Both the position numbers and the translations under genes were made by a program. From Myxococcota bacterium (GTDB lineage Bacteria; Myxococcota_A; UBA796; SXON01), in assembly GCA_040386535.1 (NCBI GenBank), contig JAZKFH010000006.1, forward strand, positions 8,576-35,879: DNA of 27,304 nt. The letters run 5' to 3'. The notes beneath the pieces were generated by a model. It saw nothing but the letters and a program-made list of their open reading frames with translations. It made no database searches and was not told where the DNA came from. Below are positions 9,651 to 17,468 of this stretch, one piece after another. Positions within the stretch are counted from its first letter, which is position 1; every line of letters begins with the position of its first letter.

Positions 9651-9761
9651 GGTGGAGCTCCGGCGCCACAGCCTACGTCCGGAGCGTCGGGAGCCGCAAG
9701 TGGTGGGCGTCCAAATGATCGGCTGGGCGCCCGTCGCATGCCGGGATGGCCGATCGGCCGG

Positions 9762-9770
9762 TGCTATAGT
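9762..9770 (+). promoter_or_regulatory. Extended -10 promoter element (TGcTATAGT)
   Basis: TGnTATAGT followed by GGAG (9780-9783) and the GTG at 9791. Confidence 0.6.
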
Positions 9771-9790
9771 GCCCGGCCTGGAGCGTACCC

Positions 9791-11665
9791 GTGGCGGAGA
9801 TCGGCGATCGCATCGGCCCCTTCGAGATCATCGAGCTGCTCGAGCGGGGCGCGGTGTCCAATTTGTACCGGGGCCTCCGTGCGGACGGGTCGTCTCGGCC
9901 GCCGCGCGAGGTGGTGCTCCGTGTGGCCGCCGGCGGGGCCGCGGGGCCGGACCCCGAGGCGTTCGGCGCCGTGCGGGCCGAGTACGAGACGCTCCGGGTG
10001 CTCGAGGACGAGCGCATCCCGACGGTGGTGGCGCTCTACGGCGGCCACGGCGCCTCGGCGAAGGCGTGGGTGACCGGCGGCACGCTGCGGGACACGTTGA
10101 CTCTCGTCGAGGCCGGCCGCATCGATCTGGACGCGGCCACGTCGATGGACATCCTCGTCGAGCTCGCCTACGCCCTGCGCCACGCCCACGCGATCGTGCG
10201 CGAAGAGGGCCGCATCGTGCACGGCGCGCTCGCGCCCGAGGTCGTGCTGCTCACCGCCGAGGGCAAGGTGATGCTGCTCGGCATGGGCGATCCCGAGCCC
10301 TCCCACCCGCGGCCGCTCGCGCCCGAGCAGCAGCAGGGCACGCAGGACCCGCGCACCGACCAGTGGCTCCTCGGGGCGCTCGGCATCGAGCTGTTGCGCC
10401 ACGCGCCCGAGGTGCTCCAGGAGGCCCGCGGCGCCCCGATCGAGGTGGCCTACGGCCTGCTCCAGGCGCGTTGGCCCGCCGCCACGCGGGTGCTCGCGCG
10501 CATGCTCGCCGAGGCGCCGGCCAACCGCTACGACGCCGAGGAGCGGCTGATCAAGGACCTGTTGGCGCTCTCCCGGCACCTCGGCGGCGTGTCCCGTCGC
10601 GCGGAGGTCGGCGCGCGCACGATCCAGCTCGCGTCGTCGATCGGCGGCGCCGACGCCCCGCCGATGCCGATGGCGACCTTGGTGCGGCGGCGTGAGGAGA
10701 CCGCCGCGCGGCCCCCGCCCCGGCCCCTGGCGGCGCCGGTGGTGACGACGGCCCGGGCCCCCCACCCCTCGACAGCCCCGGTGGTGGAGGTCGAATCGGC
10801 GCCCGAGGTGCTGCACTTCTTCGAGCCGCCGGGCATGGAGGAGGTGGTGGCCTACACCGAGGAGACCCCGCTCCCGTTCAAGCCGCGCCGGTCGAACGAC
10901 CGCTCGCCGCCCGCCGTCGATCCTCCTGCAGCGGCCTTGCAGGTCCGCCCCGCGACGCCCGTGTCGAGCGGGCCGACGCTTCGGCTGGGGCCTGCGGTCC
11001 GAGTTGGGCCGAGCGTGGCGGCGGTGAGCGGGACCGCGGCGAGCGCTCGGGCGGAGCGCGGGGGCGCGGCGAGCGTGGCGGCGGTGAGCGCGCCGACGAT
11101 CCAGCTCGGGCCGAGCGTGGCGGCGGCGAGCGTGGCGGCGGTGAGCGCGCCGACGATCCAGCTCGGGCCGAGCGTGGCGGCGGTGAGCCCGCCCGCGGTG
11201 AGCGTGGCGGCGGTGAGCGCACCCACGTCGAGCGGCCCCGCGCTCCGCACGTTGGGGGAGGCGCTGCTCCTGCCACCGCTGTTCGACGAGGATCCCGACG
11301 CCACCACCGTCGAGGACCGGCCGTTCTCCAACACCGACGACGGGCCTTCGCACCGCCAGGCCCTCGCCGCCGCGGCCGACGCGCAGCCGACCGAGATGTA
11401 CCGCCCCGGCCTGTCCGGGAACCCGTTCGTGATGCCGGCCGAGGCGGCCGTCGGAGCCGAGGCGTGGCCGGACGAGGGGCTCTCCAGCGCCTCGGACGTG
11501 GCGGGCGCCCCCTCGATCGATCCGGGCGCGGACGGGAGGCTCCCGTTCCGCCCGGCCACTCCGCCGGTGGAGGACCCGGTGCCCGACCAGTGGGTGATCG
11601 GCGCGATCGGGATGTTCGTGCTGGTGACCGCGATCGTGCTCGTGTGGCGGTTCTCGGGGGGGTAG
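9791..11665 (+). CDS. Membrane-anchored Ser/Thr kinase-like pseudokinase
   Basis: Hanks-type fold cues (IGPFEIIELL, IVHGALAPEVVLLTAEGKVMLLGMG, LAPEQ, RTDQWLLG) with catalytic motifs replaced; long Pro/Ala linker; C-terminal TM helix WVIGAIGMFVLVTAIVLVW. Confidence 0.8.
   Translation: MAEIGDRIGPFEIIELLERGAVSNLYRGLRADGSSRPPREVVLRVAAGGAAGPDPEAFGAVRAEYETLRVLEDERIPTVVALYGGHGASAKAWVTGGTLRDTLTLVEAGRIDLDAATSMDILVELAYALRHAHAIVREEGRIVHGALAPEVVLLTAEGKVMLLGMGDPEPSHPRPLAPEQQQGTQDPRTDQWLLGALGIELLRHAPEVLQEARGAPIEVAYGLLQARWPAATRVLARMLAEAPANRYDAEERLIKDLLALSRHLGGVSRRAEVGARTIQLASSIGGADAPPMPMATLVRRREETAARPPPRPLAAPVVTTARAPHPSTAPVVEVESAPEVLHFFEPPGMEEVVAYTEETPLPFKPRRSNDRSPPAVDPPAAALQVRPATPVSSGPTLRLGPAVRVGPSVAAVSGTAASARAERGGAASVAAVSAPTIQLGPSVAAASVAAVSAPTIQLGPSVAAVSPPAVSVAAVSAPTSSGPALRTLGEALLLPPLFDEDPDATTVEDRPFSNTDDGPSHRQALAAAADAQPTEMYRPGLSGNPFVMPAEAAVGAEAWPDEGLSSASDVAGAPSIDPGADGRLPFRPATPPVEDPVPDQWVIGAIGMFVLVTAIVLVWRFSGG
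11010..11222 (+). repeat. In-frame coding repeats within the pseudokinase linker
   Basis: SVAAVS occurs five times; a 57-bp-period duplication at 11071 and 11128 encodes SVAAVSAPTIQLGP. Confidence 0.85.
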
Positions 11666-11713
11666 CGGCGGAGGGGCCCGCCGGCGATAAGCGGCGCGGC
11701 TCTGGGAGGGCGG

Positions 11714-11868
11714 GCGCGACCGTCCGAGGTCGGGGGATGCAAGCCTATCCCCTCACTCCGGACGGTATGTCCGTCCGAGATCGGGGGATGCGCGCCTATC
11801 CCCTCACCTTGGACGGTATGTCCGTCCAAGGTCGGGGGATGCAGGTTCATCCCCTCACTTCGGACGGT
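11714..11868. repeat. Three tandem 51-bp hairpin units (family B, opposite orientation to 2754-2960)
   Basis: Units start at 11720, 11771 and 11822 and match the reverse complement of the 2754 array, including the flank GCGCGACCGTCC. Confidence 0.9.
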
Positions 11869-12163
11869 CCCGGAGCCGCACGCCGCCGTGCTCGACGAGC
11901 AGCGAGCCACGCAGCCGAACCTGACGGCGGCGCGGGACCGGGCTCCATGGGCGCCACGAGCGCGAGCAGGAGGAGCGGGTGCAGAAGGCGCCGGGGGGGG
12001 CGGTCGTGCTCTCCACTTTGGGGCGGGGGGCGGGCCCCCCGCAACGCCCCCCGGAACCGGGGAGTATGGAGCTTCGCCGAGCTCACTGGCCGCGGGAGCT
12101 TGCCCGCGGGCGTGGGCTCGTCCGTCCGCACGGCGGTGCCGCCCGACTCGAGTGTGTCGTGGC

Positions 12164-12924
12164 CGCCCAGCGGCCACCGAGCCACCCGCTGACGAGCCCC
12201 AAGTTGACCATCCCTCGGTCCCGAGTTGGGCGCCCCCCGCCCCCAGGACGGGGCGGGTCGGTCCCCTCTCGGCTCGCGGCAGAGCCGCTCGGTCCGCCGC
12301 GCCGTCGCCGCTGCCGCGTCGCCGTCCCGCCGGGACCGCCCGCCGAGCGGGCGCCGGCCGGGCACCTGGCGCGCCGCACCCCCGCTCGCGCGGTAGCGGT
12401 CCCTTCCGGTCCCTACCCCAAGGGATGACGCGTGCGAAGTCCGGGGGGCGTGGGCGGGCGCGCTGAATGGGCGCGGAGCGGGCACCTTCCCGTCGAGGTT
12501 CCGCGACTGGCGGATACTCGGGTTCGTTCGCCACTGTCGCCAAGAAGATGCCGCCCTTGCTGACGCGTCGCCCCGCGCACCGAGCCTCCCATGGTCGGCG
12601 TCCCGACGAGGTCCTCGGGGTCGACCTCGGCCAACGCGGGCACGACCTCGCCCTGGAGTCGGCACGCGGACGCGCGGCGGCGCGACGGAGCAAGGGCGTC
12701 AGGCCCGGGTCGGCGGGCATCGGGACGTATTCCCCGCACCGGGTGCCAGAAAGCCACGCGCGCGTGAGCTTGTCTCGGGCGAACAGGCCCGGGGACCTGC
12801 GCCGCCCCGCGATGTGGCCGATCCTGGCGCCGCCCCGCGATGTGGCGCCGCCCAGCGGCCACCGAGCCACCCCCTGTCGAGCACGTACCCCCTCCGTGGT
12901 CGCCCAGCGGCCACCGAGCCACCC
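12164..12924 (+). repeat. Dispersed 24-bp direct repeat CGCCCAGCGGCCACCGAGCCACCC (three copies, family E)
   Basis: Copies start at 12164, 12849 and 12901. Confidence 0.8.
12217..12379 (-). repeat. 163-bp dispersed repeat (family C), inverted copy of 25251-25413
   Basis: Reverse-complement match by eye; the ORF track gives identical shadow peptides at both loci. Confidence 0.9.
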
Positions 12925-13185
12925 CGCCGCCGCCCACCGCCAGCATCATCCCCGCGCCAAGGGCGCGGAGGGCAGCCGCCTCGGGCGGCTGGTCCGGCCG
13001 GGCGGACGGGGGCTCCCAACGCTGCTCCGGTGCCACTCCGCCCGGACGACCAAGCGGCTTCGCCGCGCGCCCGCAGCCGACCTGCCCCGCGTCCGCGCGG
13101 GGGCGCCCGGGGCTCGCGTCGGCACCGCCCCCGCCCGCGCACACCCGTGCACGCACCGCCCCCACAGAACGGCTACAAAGCCCAC

Positions 13186-13947
13186 ATGATCGACGTCCTC
13201 CCGGTGCGCACCCCGACCGTGCCGCCCGCCACCCACACGAATTGTTACAGGTTCGGGCGCACGGTGATCGACCCCGCGTCGCCCTACGCGGACGAGCAGG
13301 CGCGGCTCGCGGCGTGGGCGGGTGAGGTCGACACGATCCTGCTGACGCACCACCACCACGATCACGTGGGCGGGGTGGCCGACCTCGTGGCGCGCACGGG
13401 CGCCAAGGTGTATGCGCATGCCGACGCGCGTGTTCCGTTCACGGTCGACGGGCGCCTCCAGGACGGGGACGTGGTCGACACCGGTGTCGCCACGCTGCGG
13501 TGTGTGTACACGCCGGGGCACGCCGACGGGCACCTCTGCTTCCGCCACGACGAGACGGGCGACGTCGTGGCGGGCGACATGGTCGCCGGGTTCGGCACCA
13601 TCGTGCTCATCGAGCCCGAAGGCCACCTCGCGACCTACCTCGCGAGCCTCGAGCGCCTCGTGCCGCTCGCGCGTCGCCTGTTGCCCGCGCACGGCCCCGC
13701 CCTGGACGACGGCCCTGCCGTGCTCGCCCAGTACATCGCCCACCGCCACGCCCGCACCACGCAGATCGCCGCGGCGCTCGGCGGCGGCCCGCTCGACCCC
13801 GAGGGGATCGCGGCCGTCGTCTACGCGGGAGTGCCCGGGGTGCACCTCGGCCTCGCCGCCATCCAGGTGCGCACGCACCTCACGTGGTTGATCGAGCGCG
13901 GGCGCGTCGTCGCGCGAGCGGACGGCACCTTTGCGGTCGCGACGTAG
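13186..13947 (+). CDS. MBL-fold metallo-hydrolase (LACTB2-like with probable C-terminal winged helix)
   Basis: TPTVPPATHTNCY, LTHHHHDHVGG, TPGHADGH, AGDMV, LPAHGP and YIAHR; ATG at 13186. Confidence 0.88.
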   Translation: MIDVLPVRTPTVPPATHTNCYRFGRTVIDPASPYADEQARLAAWAGEVDTILLTHHHHDHVGGVADLVARTGAKVYAHADARVPFTVDGRLQDGDVVDTGVATLRCVYTPGHADGHLCFRHDETGDVVAGDMVAGFGTIVLIEPEGHLATYLASLERLVPLARRLLPAHGPALDDGPAVLAQYIAHRHARTTQIAAALGGGPLDPEGIAAVVYAGVPGVHLGLAAIQVRTHLTWLIERGRVVARADGTFAVAT

Positions 13948-14049
13948 GGGCGAGGTCGCGGCGTAGGGACCAGTCGCGGGCAGGCGCGTCGCCAGGGTCC
14001 CCGGCGCCCGGGTTAGGGAGGCGCGGGCTTGTCGCCCGGGAGCGGAATC

Positions 14050-14508
14050 ATGTCGGAGCGGGACAAGTCCGAGCTGGAGCGGGGCCTCCAGAGCCTCGGG
14101 CGCGCGTTCACCGGCGTCACCGGGAGGCTGCTCGGGCCCAAGGCGATCGGGCGCGAGGAGCTGCCGCCCGGCTCGTCGATCTCCCCCGAGGCAGACGCCG
14201 CGATCGAGAAGGTGGGGGCCGACCTCGGGCGCTTCCTCCACGCGACGGGGGAGGGCCTCAAGGCGCACCCGATGGATCCGTCGCAGGCGTTGCGCACCGC
14301 GCGCGCGTCCGCGGAGGACGTTGTGGAGGCCGACCCGGGCTGGACACCGCTCGCGGCGGGCCTGAAGAACCTGGGCGGCGGGCTCGCGAAGGTGGCCGAG
14401 GGCGTGCTCGACGTGGTGGCGCCGCGCAGGCCGAAGGACGGGGCGCCGTCCCCGGCCGAGTCCGACGTGGCCGAGTCGGACGAAGAGGGGGGCCCCGGTG
14501 CGGCTTGA
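14050..14508 (+). CDS. Hypothetical protein with repeated amphipathic helices
   Basis: High GC3; MSERDKSELERGLQSLGRAF; acidic tail; overlaps the bioD start by 11 nt. Confidence 0.7.
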   Translation: MSERDKSELERGLQSLGRAFTGVTGRLLGPKAIGREELPPGSSISPEADAAIEKVGADLGRFLHATGEGLKAHPMDPSQALRTARASAEDVVEADPGWTPLAAGLKNLGGGLAKVAEGVLDVVAPRRPKDGAPSPAESDVAESDEEGGPGAA

Positions 14509-15148
14509 TCGTGGCCTGCTGGTGACCGGCACCGACACGGGCGTCGGCAAGACCGTCGTGACCGCGGCGCTCGCGGCGGCGCTCGCCGAGAGCGGCGTGG
14601 CCGTGCGGGCGCTCAAGCCTGTCGCCTCGGGCGTCGCGGAGGGCGATCCCGGTGAGGACGCCGCGCTGCTCGGCGCCGCCGCGGGGCACCCGCCCTTGTC
14701 GTTGCACCGCCTGCGCACACCGGTCTCCCCCCACCGGGCCGCCGCGCTCGACGGCGTGACCATCGATCCCGCCGCGATCCTGGCCTGGGTGCACGCCCAC
14801 GCGGGCGACGTCACGCTGGTCGAAGGCGCCGGGGGCTGGGAGGTGCCGTTCGCGGCGGATTGGCGCGTGTCGCACCTCGGCGTGGCGCTCGGCTGGCCCG
14901 TGCTCGTGGTCGCGGCCGACCGCCTCGGCGTGCTCAACCACACGCTCCTGACCGTGGCGGCGGTGCAGCGCGCGGGGCTGGTCGTGGCGGGCGTCGTGCT
15001 CACCGGCCCGGCCGACGGCGGCGTCATGGACAACCACGCGGAGCTCACGCACCTGCTCGGTCCGGTAGCCGTCCGCCGCATGCCGTGGCTCCCCGCGCTC
15101 GATCGCGCCGCCCTCGCCGAGGCCGGCCGGGGCTTGTTGCGGGCGTGA
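14498..15148 (+). CDS. bioD: Dethiobiotin synthase
   Basis: VTGTDTGVGKT P-loop, LKPVASG, SPHRAA, LVEGAGG and LGVLNHTLLT. Confidence 0.93.
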   Translation: MRLDRGLLVTGTDTGVGKTVVTAALAAALAESGVAVRALKPVASGVAEGDPGEDAALLGAAAGHPPLSLHRLRTPVSPHRAAALDGVTIDPAAILAWVHAHAGDVTLVEGAGGWEVPFAADWRVSHLGVALGWPVLVVAADRLGVLNHTLLTVAAVQRAGLVVAGVVLTGPADGGVMDNHAELTHLLGPVAVRRMPWLPALDRAALAEAGRGLLRA

Positions 15149-15203
15149 ACGCCTGAGCGCCAGGGAGCTCCAACCCCGCCCCCGCGTGGTTACCCCCGGA
15201 CCC

Positions 15204-15695
15204 ATGGACATCTCCTCCGACGTGCGCCGCGGCGTCGACACCGCGGTCGGCCTCGACGCGGCCTACGCCCTGCTCGCGGACGTGCCCCGCTCCATCGCCC
15301 ACTTCCCGGACGTGGAGTCCGTCGTGCCGCATGGCGACACGTGGGTGTGGCGGCTCCGGCGCCTCGGCGCGGGCCCGATCCAGTTCCAGGTGCACTACGC
15401 GTCGCGCTACCACGTCGATCCGGCCGCGCGGACGGTGGCGTGGGACGCGGTGCCCGACATAGGCAACACGCGGGTGTCCGGCCGGTGGGTGCTCACGCCG
15501 AACGCGAACGCCGCGGGAGCCATGCACACCCGCATCACGATGGAAGCCCGCTTCGCCGTCGCCACGCCCTTCCCGCGCCCGCTACGCCCCGCGGTCGAGG
15601 CGATCGTGGCGCGCGAGATCGACCGGCTCGTGGGCGCCTACCTCCAGAACCTCGCGACGACGCTCGCGGGCGGGGACGGGCGGCCGCGCAGATAG
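15204..15695 (+). CDS. SRPBCC/CoxG-like ligand-binding protein
   Basis: AYALLADVPRSIAHFPDVESV start, beta-strand core and C-terminal long helix; start at 15204 or 15186. Confidence 0.7.
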   Translation: MDISSDVRRGVDTAVGLDAAYALLADVPRSIAHFPDVESVVPHGDTWVWRLRRLGAGPIQFQVHYASRYHVDPAARTVAWDAVPDIGNTRVSGRWVLTPNANAAGAMHTRITMEARFAVATPFPRPLRPAVEAIVAREIDRLVGAYLQNLATTLAGGDGRPRR

Positions 15696-15802
15696 GACGG
15701 GGCCCAGAGGAGCGTCGTTGTCCGCGCCTACCGAACAATCGGATCCGGCAATGACCAACACCCCGGACACTGGGTGGCGGTACGGTAGATGCGGAGGTCG
15801 AC

Positions 15803-16630
15803 ATGGAGTCCCGCTTCAACCACGACGCGAACGGCCAGCCGCTGCTCGATATGCGTCGCGCCGGCGCCGCTCGCCGCCCCGATCTTAGCGCCCTCCCGGC
15901 CCTCACCGAGGCCGAGCGCCAGACCGCGATCCGCACGTGGCGCGGCCGCATGGTCAACGAGCACCTCTCCGCGCAGGTGTGGGCGTCGCTGGTGCCGCAG
16001 CTCATGCGCGCGGCGGTGCCGCCGGAGCTGCTCACGTCGCTGCCCGCCGCCGCGGCCGACGAGCTGCGCCACGCCGAACAATGCGCCGGCGTCGTCATCG
16101 CCCTCGGCGGCGAGGCGGTCGCGCCGCTCCCCGAGATCGCGCCGCTCCCCGAACACGCCGACGTGGGCCCGCTCGAAGCGGCGCTGCGCAACGTGATCAG
16201 CGTGGGCTGCATGTCCGAGACGATCGCGGTCTCCATCATCCGCGCCGAGCAGGCCGAGCTCGAGGGCGGCCCCCTCGGCGATCTGCTCGGCACCATCCTC
16301 GCCGACGAGATCAAACACGCCCGCTTCGGCTGGACCGTGCTCGGGATGCTCGCCCCCCGCCTGGACGACGCCGCCCGTGCGCGGCTCTCGGCCTACCTCG
16401 TCGACGCGTTCGTCCACCAGGTCACGTACGAGGTGCCCAAGCTGCCCGTCGTGGCCGGCCGCCGCTCCGAGCTGGCCGAGGCCGGCGTGTGCGACGGCGG
16501 CTTCGCGCGCGAGCTGTTCGTCGACACGATCGAGACCATCATCGTCCCCGGCCTCGAGAACGCGGGCCTCGCCGCCGCGGTGGCCTGGCAACGCGCCCGC
16601 CTCGAGACCGCCCACATCTTCGAAGCCTGA
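15803..16630 (+). CDS. Ferritin-like di-iron carboxylate protein
   Basis: E..ExxH twice: RMVNEH / DELRH and CMSET / DEIKHARFGW; GGAGG RBS with TACGGT -10-like box upstream. Confidence 0.85.
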   Translation: MESRFNHDANGQPLLDMRRAGAARRPDLSALPALTEAERQTAIRTWRGRMVNEHLSAQVWASLVPQLMRAAVPPELLTSLPAAAADELRHAEQCAGVVIALGGEAVAPLPEIAPLPEHADVGPLEAALRNVISVGCMSETIAVSIIRAEQAELEGGPLGDLLGTILADEIKHARFGWTVLGMLAPRLDDAARARLSAYLVDAFVHQVTYEVPKLPVVAGRRSELAEAGVCDGGFARELFVDTIETIIVPGLENAGLAAAVAWQRARLETAHIFEA

Positions 16631-16684
16631 CCTCGCCCGCATCCGACCCCGCCCTCACCCGACCCCACCCACCCGGAGGCTCCC

Positions 16685-17056
16685 ATGGACCGAACCGAAC
16701 TCCGCCGCAAGGCGCTCCTCGCCGCCAGCAGCGTCGTGCTCGCGGCCACCCTCGCCGCCTGCCCCACCCCGAGCGCCGACACGGCGGACACCGCCAGCGT
16801 CGACACCGCCGCCGACACGGACACCGTGGACACCGACACCGACGGCAGCCCCGACTGCACCGCGATCGACATGGGCGACAGCGAGGCGTGGGGCGCGTGC
16901 TGCACCGAGCGCGCCGAGTGGTGCGCGGAGGCCCACGGCGAGGGCACCGACGCCGCCAACTACTGCACCTACGGCCCCGACTACGACGGCTCCACCGGCT
17001 GCGTCCCCTGGGGGCCGCCCGTGCCGCCGCGGTTCCGGGGCGCGCTCGCGGCCTGA
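16685..17056 (+). CDS. Exported Cys-rich (lipo)protein with C-terminal CVPWGPPVPP motif
   Basis: GGAGG at 16675-16679; LRRKALL..LAAC signal; Asp/Thr linker; six further Cys. Confidence 0.8.
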   Translation: MDRTELRRKALLAASSVVLAATLAACPTPSADTADTASVDTAADTDTVDTDTDGSPDCTAIDMGDSEAWGACCTERAEWCAEAHGEGTDAANYCTYGPDYDGSTGCVPWGPPVPPRFRGALAA

Positions 17057-17077
17057 CCGAGCGGGGTACGCTCCCGC

Positions 17078-17434
17078 ATGTTCACCCTCGCGCTCCTGCT
17101 CGCTTGCACCGGCACCAAGGACGACACCGCCGCGGAGACCTGCACCGCCACCACGGGCACCCTCCGCGTGTGCGTGTGGATGGAAGAGGGCGACGAAGCA
17201 CCCCTGCCCGGCGTCAAGGCGTGGATCGGCACCGACGCCAAGGGCGCGGACGCCATCGAGACCGTGACCGGCGCCGACGGCTGTGCCGACTTCGAGGTCG
17301 AGGCGGGCACGTGGTGGGCCTGGGGCGAGGCCGAGGTCCAGAAGTGCCGGAGCTGGCCCGAGGAGGTCGAGGTCACCACCTGCGAGACCACGCCCTACGA
17401 CACCTACGTGTTCATGGGGTGTATGGACGGGTAG
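17078..17434 (+). CDS. Small lipoprotein with probable Ig-like (carboxypeptidase-regulatory-like) beta-sandwich
   Basis: MFTLALLLAC; GTLRVCV..PLPGVK..VTGADGCADFEVEAGTW pattern. Confidence 0.7.
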   Translation: MFTLALLLACTGTKDDTAAETCTATTGTLRVCVWMEEGDEAPLPGVKAWIGTDAKGADAIETVTGADGCADFEVEAGTWWAWGEAEVQKCRSWPEEVEVTTCETTPYDTYVFMGCMDG

Positions 17435-17468
17435 GCCTCCCCCGGCGAACCCGCGTTAGATGCGGCCG

